From Candidatus Altiarchaeota archaeon (GTDB taxonomy: Archaea > Altiarchaeota > Altiarchaeia > IMC4 > SCGC-AAA252-I15): a DNA stretch of 29,538 nucleotides. The notes below the pieces were generated by a model. That model did no database searches, was not told where the DNA came from, and was given only the letters and a program-made list of their open reading frames with translations. Made by a program: the position numbers and the translations under genes. The DNA is taken from the NCBI GenBank assembly GCA_043800705.1, contig JAZDMS010000030.1:1-29538 (forward strand). Direction: 5' to 3'. Shown here piece after piece: positions 7,864 to 17,549 of this stretch. Each line of letters begins with the position of its first letter. Within the stretch, counting starts at the first letter, position 1.

Positions 7864-7982
7864 TCTTATCACCCAAACCGGTCCTTGTATGATCCTACGA
7901 TTGGGCTGCCACAACCAGAAAGCTGTGCAAAATCCTGGCAGAGTCGTTGTGGCATGTGTTTGGGTTCAGGCGTGATTTGTCT

Positions 7983-8648
7983 TTATCGGTTTCCTTTGTG
8001 GAGCGTCCTTTTGACCTCATCATACGACGTCTTGCAGTAGTACGTCATCCAGCTGACAATAGCGAACCATTTGAGCCCGTCTTCATACAGGTACTGCCAG
8101 GTGGATACTGCGTTATAGATCTGGTCAAAAACTAGCGAGCCGCCGAAGAGGAGGATGGCAGCGAGCAAAATCACGTAATCGGTCGCCTGGAGTACCGACC
8201 TAAACCAGTAGGCGTAGGCGGCGAATACGAGCCCATAGACTCCAAAGGTGATTATCTCAGTGATATTGAATAGGTACGGGGCGATGGTCTCATGGACAAG
8301 GAACAGGTCATCGACCAGGAGTATCAGCGTGATGAAGCCGGATGCCAGAAAAAAACCCGCATGGTTATTCCTTTTGCCGAAGCGCTTGACTATGGCCGCA
8401 GTATAAAAGCACACGGCTGCGGTGGCGGCCCACATGAGTACGCCCAGGTTAGAGTACACGCCGACGAAGGGGCTCATCCTCATCAGGTATGTGGGGTCCC
8501 TGGTCAGGTTGCCGAAATTGACCCCGCTACGATGGGAAAAAAAAACCCCCGCGCCCAGCAAAACAAACGCCGGCAAATAGAAGGCCGCCACCCATCCGCG
8601 GGCCGCCTTAAGCTGGTGCCTGACGCTTAAAACCATATGTCCTCTCAT
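7983..8648 (-). CDS. Integral membrane protein, about 6 TM segments
   Basis: Hydrophobic segments with conserved-looking polar motifs RDP..PFVGVYSNLG, LLVDDLFLVHE and YEDGLK. Confidence 0.85.
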   Translation of the reverse strand: MRGHMVLSVRHQLKAARGWVAAFYLPAFVLLGAGVFFSHRSGVNFGNLTRDPTYLMRMSPFVGVYSNLGVLMWAATAAVCFYTAAIVKRFGKRNNHAGFFLASGFITLILLVDDLFLVHETIAPYLFNITEIITFGVYGLVFAAYAYWFRSVLQATDYVILLAAILLFGGSLVFDQIYNAVSTWQYLYEDGLKWFAIVSWMTYYCKTSYDEVKRTLHKGNR

Positions 8649-8753
8649 TATGTATGGGTTAAAATAAGCTAAGAAATGGCGTCTTCATACTGGCAGACGA
8701 TTGACTGGGGGCAGATTAGGGTGCTTTTATGTTCCAACGGGGAATTAGGGGCT

Positions 8754-9458
8754 ATGAAGGGATTAATTGCATTGGTATTAGCGTCTTTAGTGCTTGGCTG
8801 CGTCACCTCCTATAACAGCGAACTATCAGTCGGTGTCAACGGGTCGGCCTCATTCAATAAGTCGTTCGGGACTCAGACGACCCAGCTCAAGAAGGCGGTC
8901 ACCACAACTCTGGCCGAGACGGTCCCAACGACGACCGTCACGGCTGAGATTCTGCCCACCACCACGACAACACCTGCTGGGGAGGTCCTGGCGGCCACCG
9001 GCATCGGGTTGACGTTCACGCCCGACAAGGAGACGGTCGCGTTGAGCGAGAAGTTTTGGGAGGACCTGATGTTCACGAACCTCGATTCAGCGAAGAACTA
9101 CTCAGTCGTGATCCACACGTATTCCCCTGGCGGATGGGGCGACGGGGGGCAGGATGTCAACATCGCCTTCGCCGACTCGTTTGCCCGCGAAAACGGCATA
9201 ACGACTTTCGGCTTCGGGATGCCGATTACGCCGTTCACCCACAAGGAGGATGGATACGCCTCGGAGATGGAGTATTTCACCCGGAAGGGCGAACATCACT
9301 ATGACATAAGCGTCTACGACTGCACCCTCATAGAGCAGACGACGGGCGCCGAGAACTGCGGCCGCGGCAAGCGCCTGATAGGCGAGTATGAGAACCCCGA
9401 CGTATGGAATGGCCAGCAGGCAGTATTCCACTTGGACAAGGTCATAACCGTGACCTGA
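8754..9458 (+). CDS. Putative lipoprotein with Thr-rich linker
   Basis: MKGLIALVLASLVLGC lipobox from ATG 8754 (in frame with the 8676 ORF); TTT-rich stretch. Confidence 0.8.
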   Translation: MKGLIALVLASLVLGCVTSYNSELSVGVNGSASFNKSFGTQTTQLKKAVTTTLAETVPTTTVTAEILPTTTTTPAGEVLAATGIGLTFTPDKETVALSEKFWEDLMFTNLDSAKNYSVVIHTYSPGGWGDGGQDVNIAFADSFARENGITTFGFGMPITPFTHKEDGYASEMEYFTRKGEHHYDISVYDCTLIEQTTGAENCGRGKRLIGEYENPDVWNGQQAVFHLDKVITVT

Positions 9459-9518
9459 GCGCGAAGTAGGCTAGTAAAGGAGCGTTCCCCCGGCATTTGA
9501 GCGGTCATATCGCGTCGT

Positions 9519-11768
9519 CTATGTCGTTAGCTTCTGTGCCAGGCGGTTTTCGAGTATCTTGGTCAGGGATAAGGACCAGTTTTCTCCTGAGGCGATGCCC
9601 AGCTTTCCGAGCTCGTCCGGACTCGGCCTCCTGAATCCGATTCCATCGGAGACCATGATGCCGCTGTCGCCTTTGTTCAGGCCCCAGTCGGTGTTTTGCG
9701 GGTCGGCGGGTGCGGCCAGATTAGGGTCTATTTTCTCGGCTCCTGGGCTTTTCGGGTCGTATACGTCGTCGATGCTGTAGATCACGGTCAGGGCTTTGGG
9801 ATTCCTTTCCCTGGCGATCCTCAGGACGGTTCTCCCGGTCCGCCCTATGCATTTTTCCTCATCTTCTACGGCCTTAGCCAAGTGTGGGGCCTCGAGGACG
9901 TAGTCCGAGACGACCGCGTCGAAGGGGGTCTCGCTTGCCTTCAGGAATTCGTTCACTGTCGTGCATACGACTGCTTCGATCTTGCCGCCGAATGTGCCGT
10001 CCAGCATTTCCTTGAACATTTCCGGGAATTCCCTGAAGTCGTCGACGAGGATGACCCGAGCCTTCGCAGGGCCGCTGGAGGTTTTAAGCGGTTCCGCCTC
10101 GCGGACTCTGCCGGTAGCCTTCGGAGGCTCATCGTCATCGGCATATCTCATAGCCCTCGAATACGGGATTCCGGCGGGTTTAGCGGTCTCGGTTGCCTCG
10201 CCTTCGGGTATGAAGATTGTGGCGCCGGTGCTCTCCCCCCGCTTTTCGAACTGGAGGAAGCCGGGGACGTTGGGGAGGATGTCGGCCATCAGGCTTTTCA
10301 GCCCGGTGCCTCCGGTGCCGAATGCGCTTTCGCCGAGGACTGATGTGTCTCCGCGGTTCAACGCCTCCATCATGTGTCCCTCCATCTGGCGGCCGTTGTT
10401 GTGTATCGCGAGGTAGACGAATTTGCCTTTGACGCCTGCAGCCTGGAAGAATTCCATTGCTGCCGGCGGCAGGCTATTCCGGGAGAAGGAGCAGCCTGTT
10501 ATGCCGACCTCAGGCTTTTCCGCCTGTTTCGCGGCCTTGCAGGCGTTGGTTACGAGTTCGCAGAATGCGGTGTCGAAGAGGACGGGGTCCACGTTCGCTG
10601 ATCCGACGTCCTCCCAAGGGGCCCTGTATCCTATCTGGACGGAGTGCATCGAACTCAGATTGGGAAGGACCGCAGCCATGTATTCGGCTATGTTGACCTG
10701 CGTCCTCTCCCTCTTTTTGGAGTTGCGGTAGTATCCGAGTGCCGAATCATAGAGTTTGAAGAGTCCGGGCGCGTATTCGGCGGCGGCTGCGCCCAATCCG
10801 TCGTGTTGGCGGGAGGTTTGGGCGACGAGGTCTCTGCAGAGGAGGAGCCTGTTCAGGAGCGCATGGGCGTTGGGGTGCGATGATCCCGCCGCAATCATGA
10901 GGCTCTCGAAGGAGAACCTCTTGCCCGTGTTCTCGGCCTCAACGGCTTCGACCGCCTTTCTCAGGGTCTCATTGCCTGCGTATCCGGGTTCCTGTTTCGC
11001 CCTCCTTGCGAACCTGTTGAAGAACATGAAGAAGTCGTTCCCCGCCCCTTCAAGCCTCGAAATCCAGTACTTGGTGGGTGTAGTCTCCCTCCTGCCCACG
11101 TTCAATCCCGCTAGTATGTCCTTTATCAAGGCTCCGACGACGCTTTCTAGCGGGCTTATCTTCTGGCCGAGCTTTTCAGCCTCCCTGCCGGAATGAAGCC
11201 TGACGATGTCGAGCCTCGCTGCGAGGATGTCGAAGTTGTCTCCTTTGCACATGAAATCCACGAGGACGGGAAGTCCTGGGACTGCAGCGATCTGTCTCAA
11301 CTCCCTGTCTTTGAGCTCCGCCGTGTATACTCCCCTGATTATGCCCTCGGTTATCTGCTCTCTTGCGGCGACGGTTTCGGGGTTCGACCAGCTGCCGGAC
11401 CTCACGACCGTCGGGACGACGAGCCTGTTTTCCCCGAGGTATGCGAGGACGCCTTCGCCGTGGATCTCGTCGGGCTTGTCCCCAAGGCAGAAGTCGAGGA
11501 CCATGCAGTCGACTGCCCTCTTGGACAGTATGTCCGTTGCCTCCTTACCGCTCCTTGCCTCGAGGAAGACGGCATCCTTGTAATGCCTTCCAAGCTCCTT
11601 TATGGTCATCTCCCGGGTCAAATCGTCGTCTTCAACGACCAGGATCGTAGGAGCCGCCCGTAGCGGCTTCAGGGAGTCGGGAACCTCGAGCCTTGGAGAA
11701 GGCTTCAGCAAGTCGTCGACGGAGGTTCGGACATCCGCAACGACATGGGCCTTTGGAGTGGGTTGCAT
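9519..11768 (-). CDS. Divergent hybrid kinase: REC - HisKA-like/HATPase - REC
   Basis: N-terminal ILVVEDD...MVLDFCL; AHALLNRL; ELVTNACKA (N box); IHNNG; GTGGTGL; C-terminal VILVDD...VVSDY. Confidence 0.82.
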   Translation of the reverse strand: MQPTPKAHVVADVRTSVDDLLKPSPRLEVPDSLKPLRAAPTILVVEDDDLTREMTIKELGRHYKDAVFLEARSGKEATDILSKRAVDCMVLDFCLGDKPDEIHGEGVLAYLGENRLVVPTVVRSGSWSNPETVAAREQITEGIIRGVYTAELKDRELRQIAAVPGLPVLVDFMCKGDNFDILAARLDIVRLHSGREAEKLGQKISPLESVVGALIKDILAGLNVGRRETTPTKYWISRLEGAGNDFFMFFNRFARRAKQEPGYAGNETLRKAVEAVEAENTGKRFSFESLMIAAGSSHPNAHALLNRLLLCRDLVAQTSRQHDGLGAAAAEYAPGLFKLYDSALGYYRNSKKRERTQVNIAEYMAAVLPNLSSMHSVQIGYRAPWEDVGSANVDPVLFDTAFCELVTNACKAAKQAEKPEVGITGCSFSRNSLPPAAMEFFQAAGVKGKFVYLAIHNNGRQMEGHMMEALNRGDTSVLGESAFGTGGTGLKSLMADILPNVPGFLQFEKRGESTGATIFIPEGEATETAKPAGIPYSRAMRYADDDEPPKATGRVREAEPLKTSSGPAKARVILVDDFREFPEMFKEMLDGTFGGKIEAVVCTTVNEFLKASETPFDAVVSDYVLEAPHLAKAVEDEEKCIGRTGRTVLRIARERNPKALTVIYSIDDVYDPKSPGAEKIDPNLAAPADPQNTDWGLNKGDSGIMVSDGIGFRRPSPDELGKLGIASGENWSLSLTKILENRLAQKLTT

Positions 11769-11945
11769 ATGGATAATTGGGAAACACCGCTATTTTACCG
11801 CAAATATCCTCGCATACCTGGATTCGGGGCCTCTTGACATATCCTTCCTCTAGGATGGGAAAACCGCGAAATACCTCGGGGGTGGTTTCCGTTCATGGGC
11901 TGATGGTCTGGGGTTTTTAATATCCTATCTGTCAATATCCTCTCT

Positions 11946-12572
11946 ATGGGCTTTGTTCGATTGTTTTTTGTCTTGTCGTTTTTAACTTTAGCGGTCTGCG
12001 CTACCACCGAAGAGACCCTTCTGCAGGGTTATGTCAGGGATGGCAGCACAGGTAGGAGCATGGCGGGCGTTAATGTGGAAGTCTACACGAGCAAGGATCA
12101 CACCAACGCGGTGGCTTCATCGAAGACCGACCAGAGGGGTTTCTACTCCGTGACAGTACTGCCTGGCGAGTACTATGATGTCTACCTCCGCCTCGGCGAT
12201 GTGAACCCTAACCAGAGGACAACCGAGCCTGCAGAGGCCGGTGGACTCTATACGCTGAATTTCAACATAGCTTCCGAGTCGTCCTACAACAGTTCCGTCG
12301 TGGAAAAATACGGTTTCGTCGTGGTTGTCGCCGTCGCATTCCTGATCCTCGCCGTCATACTCGCCGATCAGTTGTTTTTCAGGAGGGCCAGGAAACCTAG
12401 ACTCGGGGACTTGGAGCGGCAACGTGACCAGATAAAGGAGATGCTAGAGCTCGCCAGGGTGAAATACCACCATAGGGAGATGGACGAGCAGAGCTTCAGG
12501 GAGATAACGAGGAGCCAGCAGGAGAAACTCATCGAAATCGAGTCTAAGATAAAGGGGATAACCGGCAAATGA
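11946..12572 (+). CDS. Membrane protein with carboxypeptidase-regulatory-like beta domain, TM helix and coiled-coil tail
   Basis: Signal peptide; LQGYVRDGSTGRSMAGVNVEV...TDQRGFYSVTVLPGEYY; TM FVVVVAVAFLILAVILA. Overlaps the next gene by ATGA. Confidence 0.85.
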   Translation: MGFVRLFFVLSFLTLAVCATTEETLLQGYVRDGSTGRSMAGVNVEVYTSKDHTNAVASSKTDQRGFYSVTVLPGEYYDVYLRLGDVNPNQRTTEPAEAGGLYTLNFNIASESSYNSSVVEKYGFVVVVAVAFLILAVILADQLFFRRARKPRLGDLERQRDQIKEMLELARVKYHHREMDEQSFREITRSQQEKLIEIESKIKGITGK

Positions 12573-13645
12573 AACATATGCTCGTCATCATACTGCTGTC
12601 GGCGATGGCGGCATTTGCTTCTGGCACCTCGATGGTCGTGATACCTCCATGCTGCGGCAGCTGCATCTGTTCCGTCGAAGGAGACTGTTCCCTATGTCCG
12701 AACTGCCGTTGGGCCACGGCCGGATGCATGCCTTCCAATCCCGGATGCTGCGGCGACTGCAGCTGTATAAGCCCTGGTGAATGCCAGATGTGCGGATGCT
12801 GTTTGGAACCGTCGACATTCAGGTGTCAGCCTTGCACGACGACCACATCGACTCTGAGCCCGTCGTCGACGTCCTCGACGTCGTCCACCCTGAGGAGGAT
12901 CATCACGACGACGACCTCGACCCTATACCGGCAACCGACCGTGGATGAGCTGCTTCCGCCGACAACGACAACGACTATGTCGACGAGTTCGACCACGGTG
13001 ACGACGACGTCTGCGACGACGTCCTCCACTGCCTCTTCGACGACGTCGACGGCCTCTACGGTCCCGGCGCCATCGTGCGATGACGGGCGGCAGAACCAGG
13101 GCGAGGATTGGATCGACTGCGGCGGGCCTTGCGACAGGTGCGGCATCCCCGACGTCTCAGCCGTCGTGGAGAATCCGCCATTCGTCGCCAGGGGGGACCC
13201 GTTCACTGTGACCGTTAGCCTGAAGTCGAACCAGAGCGGGCCGTACAGCATCCGTCTCTATCTGCCGGTGGGTCTGGAGTCGAAGCCGGAGAGGAACGTC
13301 TATCTGTGGTCCAATAGGGGCGTTTCCGTGGATTACTCCGTCCTGGCTGCGGACTATGCGGATGATGGAAGCCATGACCTGGATGTCGGGGTATGGGACG
13401 TCCGCGGCTTGGAGGTTGCCGGGGCGAAGTCGAATGTCACCGTCGAGGAGCCTATCGTCTTGGGCCCCCTGAAGCTGCCAAGTCCCGAAGAGATTAAAAG
13501 AAGGATAAAAAATGTCCAGGAGAAACTGGTGCGATTGGTCAACAATACTACTAGAATATTATACTCGACCTCGCGGTTGTGGGTCGTACTGCTACTGATC
13601 CTGCTGTTTCTCTTTTACCTCTACCTTACGCGCATCAGGAAATAA
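12569..13645 (+). CDS. Cys-rich, Thr/Ser-stalk membrane-anchored protein
   Basis: Signal peptide; two CCGxCxC repeats; T/S linker; CDDGRQNQGEDWIDCGGPC; beta-rich domain; C-terminal TM plus RIRK. Confidence 0.85.
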   Translation: MKHMLVIILLSAMAAFASGTSMVVIPPCCGSCICSVEGDCSLCPNCRWATAGCMPSNPGCCGDCSCISPGECQMCGCCLEPSTFRCQPCTTTTSTLSPSSTSSTSSTLRRIITTTTSTLYRQPTVDELLPPTTTTTMSTSSTTVTTTSATTSSTASSTTSTASTVPAPSCDDGRQNQGEDWIDCGGPCDRCGIPDVSAVVENPPFVARGDPFTVTVSLKSNQSGPYSIRLYLPVGLESKPERNVYLWSNRGVSVDYSVLAADYADDGSHDLDVGVWDVRGLEVAGAKSNVTVEEPIVLGPLKLPSPEEIKRRIKNVQEKLVRLVNNTTRILYSTSRLWVVLLLILLFLFYLYLTRIRK

Positions 13646-13712
13646 TGAGTCCATGGGATTGCACGGCATAGCCAAAGGATTATTAACCCTTTGATACGAC
13701 TATTAGTATGTA

Positions 13713-16106
13713 ATGGCGCGGATTCTCGAAAGTAGGGTTTTGTGCATCCTTGCCATCATATCCTTTTCCGTGCTTTTTTCCGCAGCCGCAGTCCAGGCAA
13801 GGGATTCTTCCACTACGACGACCACCTTCTCTAAGTATGCGTTTGTCTCATCGACCATCAGCATTTGGCGTTTTCCGACGACAACGTCTACGGGCAAGGC
13901 GACCTCGTCGTCTACGACGACCACGACCATGAGGAAGGCCTCCTCCACCACCTTGAAGCTGACGACCGTGACCTTTAGGCTGTATTTTACAACGACCACG
14001 ACGTTGGCGAAGAGGAGTTGCCTAAGTTACTGCGGTAACGGCACATACTACGATAACGGGACGTTGAGCCTGAAAGGGGGATGCCAATACAGGGCTACGA
14101 AGTGCCTACTAGGCTGCGACGTGGGCTCCAAGGCGTGCAAGATCCTCAGCATCCAGAGGCCCAATATAAGCGTGGTATCGGCAATCGATATCGACAAGGA
14201 CGGTGTTATCGCAAATGACAACTGCCTGCTTGTGGCTAACGCCGGACAAGAGGACCCGGACGAGGACGGTGTCGGAGAGGCCTGCGACAACTGCCCTGCG
14301 ACATGCAACGGCACCCAGTGCGCGCAGATCGGGATAACCCACTCCTGCAATACATGCTGGGACATCGGCTTCGATAGCTTCTGCCGCTACTGCTGCTGTT
14401 TGGCCACGGCCAATCCGGACCAGGCCGACTCCGACGACGACGGGGTCGGAGACGTATGCGACACCTGCGAAGGGACCGCGCCCGGTTCGGAAGTCAACGG
14501 TTTCGGGTGCGTGGGCTGCGTCGACTCCGACGGCCCGGACAAATACACGGCCGGAAACGTCGCAACCAACACGGGCGGCGCGATCTCGGTGCAGCACACC
14601 GACGAATGCGTCGGCAAATACACTGTCACAGAATACACGTGCACTGACGCCGGAGAACTGCATAGCTCCAACCTCGCGTGCGGCGCAGGATACTACTGCC
14701 TAGGCGGCAGATGCTGTCAGGACAGCGACGGAGACGACATATGCAACGGGGTGGACAACTGCCCCGACCTCGTCAATCCCGGCCAGGAAGACGGCGACGG
14801 CGACGGCGTGGGAGACGTATGCGACAGCTGCCCCGAATCGGCTGGGCCGCAGACCGACAATGACGGCGACGGACTCGGGAACGTATGCGACAACTGCGTC
14901 AACACGCCTAATCCTGGCCAGGAGAACTTCGACGCCGACACGTTCGGAAACGCATGCGACAACTGCGACAACGTCCCGAATCCGGGCCAGACGGACTCAG
15001 ACGGCGACGGAGTAGGAAACGCCTGCGACAACTGCCCCGATAATCCCAACCCGGGGCAGGAAAACTCGGACGGCGACGGACAGGGAGATCTCTGCGACTG
15101 CGACGACGAAGTCAGAAGCCCGCAGGAGGTGGGTATCGACTGCGGCGGCCCGTGCGAGGCGTGCACAGGATGCTCCAAATACATCTACAACGGCGACCCT
15201 GAAGACAAGATAAATATCGTCTTCGTGAGGGACGAAGACTACGCCGGGAACCAGGCGCAGTTCACGACCGACATACAGAACCTAATCAACAACGGATACC
15301 TCGCCAACCCGATATTCACGAACAATGCCTGCAAGTACAACATATACTTCCACGACGGGGAGGGGGACTACGAAGGGGTGTGCGAGAAATGGGACCTGCC
15401 CGCGGACTTCGACGAGGACTGCCCGTTCTCGAACACCGCAGTGATAGTCTTCAGGGGTGCGGAACGCGCCTGCAGGAACGGCGACCGCTTCTCCGTGAAA
15501 TTCAACGCCCCCAACACCCTGCTTCACGAATCGGGCCACGCCCTCTTCGGCCTGAGGGACGAGTACTGCTGCGACGGCTCGTCGTCCGAGGGGGGCGGGA
15601 CATGCAAGAACACCTTCAACAGCCAGGCCGCATGTGTCGCATACGCGAACGCCCACGGCCTTGATGACGCCGATTGCTTCCTGTTCTGCCCGAGCGTCAA
15701 ATGCTGGCCGAAGTCTGCGGCGCAACAGCAGGCCTGCAGAAACAACTATGCCGCAAACGGCAAAGCCGACAAGGACTACGAGTGCTCCTGCGAGGACTAT
15801 GCGCAGGAGACGGGGATGGACGAGGACGAGTGCGTCGACGGGCAGGCCGCGGACTGCTCCGGCCTGTGGACCGTCCACTGGCAGGGGCGGGGCATCGCGG
15901 CCCCGGACCTCGGAACACACTCGCCGAACTGGTGCGACTACCGCAGCGGCGGAGTGCAGGAGTGCTGCGGCGACCACTGGCAGATAGATCCAACCCCCTA
16001 TAACCCGGCTAATCCGGGCAATTGTGTGATGAAGAGCGGCAACCAGTACGGTCCTGCATGCGACCTTTGCGGGGACGAATCATTCGACGAGATACCTGCA
16101 TGTTAA
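13713..16106 (+). CDS. Thrombospondin type 3 repeat protein with M64-like metallopeptidase domain
   Basis: Repeated DNCP..NPGQ.DxDGDGVGDxCD; GDPEDKINIVFV; KYNIY; LLHESGHALFGLRDEY (HExxH at 15525-15539); CVMKSG..YGPAC. Confidence 0.88.
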   Translation: MARILESRVLCILAIISFSVLFSAAAVQARDSSTTTTTFSKYAFVSSTISIWRFPTTTSTGKATSSSTTTTTMRKASSTTLKLTTVTFRLYFTTTTTLAKRSCLSYCGNGTYYDNGTLSLKGGCQYRATKCLLGCDVGSKACKILSIQRPNISVVSAIDIDKDGVIANDNCLLVANAGQEDPDEDGVGEACDNCPATCNGTQCAQIGITHSCNTCWDIGFDSFCRYCCCLATANPDQADSDDDGVGDVCDTCEGTAPGSEVNGFGCVGCVDSDGPDKYTAGNVATNTGGAISVQHTDECVGKYTVTEYTCTDAGELHSSNLACGAGYYCLGGRCCQDSDGDDICNGVDNCPDLVNPGQEDGDGDGVGDVCDSCPESAGPQTDNDGDGLGNVCDNCVNTPNPGQENFDADTFGNACDNCDNVPNPGQTDSDGDGVGNACDNCPDNPNPGQENSDGDGQGDLCDCDDEVRSPQEVGIDCGGPCEACTGCSKYIYNGDPEDKINIVFVRDEDYAGNQAQFTTDIQNLINNGYLANPIFTNNACKYNIYFHDGEGDYEGVCEKWDLPADFDEDCPFSNTAVIVFRGAERACRNGDRFSVKFNAPNTLLHESGHALFGLRDEYCCDGSSSEGGGTCKNTFNSQAACVAYANAHGLDDADCFLFCPSVKCWPKSAAQQQACRNNYAANGKADKDYECSCEDYAQETGMDEDECVDGQAADCSGLWTVHWQGRGIAAPDLGTHSPNWCDYRSGGVQECCGDHWQIDPTPYNPANPGNCVMKSGNQYGPACDLCGDESFDEIPAC

Positions 16107-16107
16107 A

Positions 16108-16731
16108 ATGGATAAACGGACGATAATGGCGGTTTTGGCGCTTGTGGTGATATCCCAGGCGGTTTATGCCGAGCAGGACTACCGGAAGGCCGTCGTAGTC
16201 CATTTGACGGCGAGGAAGGGTAGCGTCACAATGGACGAAGCCAAGATCGTGTACGGGACGGCGCCCGGGTTTTTGCCCGACCACGTCGACGACGGGTCCT
16301 TGAAGCTGGTCGCGAAGACCGACAAAGGCGACGTGTGGTGGGCTAGGATCATACAGAATCCGAGATACTGCCAGATCGCGGACGAAGGCGACCTGGACGA
16401 AAACACCCCCCACTACGTCACAAAGGAATCCAGCGGCTTCACCGTCGTTCTGCCGTTCAAACGCAGCCTGCGCTCCCTGACGGTCTATGGCTACGACGAC
16501 GGGAATGCGATGGGCAGCTTCGACCTGTCCGATGCGGCCGACACATTCTGCAAAAAACAGGTCTACGATCCGGACTGCCGCGGGGGAACCGCGGCGACGA
16601 CCTCGACGACTCTCAAAAGCCCTCAGACCACGACCTCCACCACATTGCGTCCCCAGCCTCCACGGGTTGGCGGCGGGGGAGAGAGTATTGCCAGCGGCGT
16701 ATTGAACTTCCTCAGGGGAGTCTTCGGGTGA
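16108..16731 (+). CDS. Secreted protein translationally coupled to the M64-like peptidase
   Basis: Starts 1 nt after the upstream stop; signal peptide; Thr-rich linker; amphipathic tail IASGVLNFLRGVFG. Confidence 0.83.
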   Translation: MDKRTIMAVLALVVISQAVYAEQDYRKAVVVHLTARKGSVTMDEAKIVYGTAPGFLPDHVDDGSLKLVAKTDKGDVWWARIIQNPRYCQIADEGDLDENTPHYVTKESSGFTVVLPFKRSLRSLTVYGYDDGNAMGSFDLSDAADTFCKKQVYDPDCRGGTAATTSTTLKSPQTTTSTTLRPQPPRVGGGGESIASGVLNFLRGVFG

Positions 16732-16774
16732 CTGCCCCCGGATTGGTTCGTCGACACAAGGACTCGACACGAAT

Positions 16775-17485
16775 CTATCCTATCTTGGCCGATTCCGTCA
16801 TGTTCTGGAAAATCGGCAGGTATTTCTCGTATAACGGTGTTTGCGCCTTGTACGTCATCGCATACGTGTGGGTGTTGTAGTATACGATGTATTCGAGGAC
16901 TGTGATCCTGTCCTTGCCTTCCTTTGCTGTGTAGGCGTGCCTTATCGTGATTTTGCCGTCGATTGTGTCGTTGGTCACCGACGTCTGCATGTATCCGACG
17001 CCCAATTTTTTCTGCTCCGCGTTCGTCTCATAGGCGAAGTCTTCGGCGGACGGCTGGACTGTGAATTTCCCGTAGACTATCTTCACCGTGGCGGCGCCTC
17101 GGGAGGTGTTTCCGTCCTCCGGGCTGTAGAATCCTACTATCTCATCCTCTTTCGCCTGCTCGGTCATACTCCAGGCGAGGGGGTATTTGATGCTGACGCC
17201 GTAAAGGCTGCTTGTGTATACAATATATTCGTCGTGCGGGACGTACTGTAGGGTGGTTGTCGTAAAGGTCGTGCTCGTCGTCGTGGTGGTAGAGGATGTG
17301 GTGGTTGTCGACGTGGTCGTAGTCGTTGTGACCGGTTTGTCGCGGTCGCAGATGTTGTCGCCGTTCTCATCAAGGCAGCAGCCGTTCCCGACGAGGATAT
17401 ACGGCGTATTGCACACCGGATTCTCTGTCAGGCAGCCAGAGAGTATGGCGACAATCCCCACTAAGGCAATCGCCCGCGAAAACAT
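16775..17485 (-). CDS. Lipoprotein with GCCLD module, Thr stalk and PsbP-like domain
   Basis: ILSGCL lipobox; CNTPYILVGNGCCLDENGDNICD; YTSSLYGVSIKYPLAW and YEKYLPIFQNMTESAKI. Confidence 0.85.
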   Translation of the reverse strand: MFSRAIALVGIVAILSGCLTENPVCNTPYILVGNGCCLDENGDNICDRDKPVTTTTTTSTTTTSSTTTTTSTTFTTTTLQYVPHDEYIVYTSSLYGVSIKYPLAWSMTEQAKEDEIVGFYSPEDGNTSRGAATVKIVYGKFTVQPSAEDFAYETNAEQKKLGVGYMQTSVTNDTIDGKITIRHAYTAKEGKDRITVLEYIVYYNTHTYAMTYKAQTPLYEKYLPIFQNMTESAKIG

Positions 17486-17506
17486 GTAATACCTTTCTAA
17501 CGCTAC

Positions 17507-17514
17507 TATATAAA
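17507..17514 (-). promoter_or_regulatory. Archaeal TATA box for 16775..17485
   Basis: TTTATATA on the minus strand, about 22 nt before the ATG at 17485. Confidence 0.55.
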
Positions 17515-17549
17515 CCGGTATCCCTCCTGCAAAGCCTGCGAGAAAACTC

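Noticed and set aside
12836-13060. ACG/ACC/TCG-rich low-complexity runs here and in other genes
   Set aside because: They encode Thr/Ser linkers in frame and are not independent DNA repeats.
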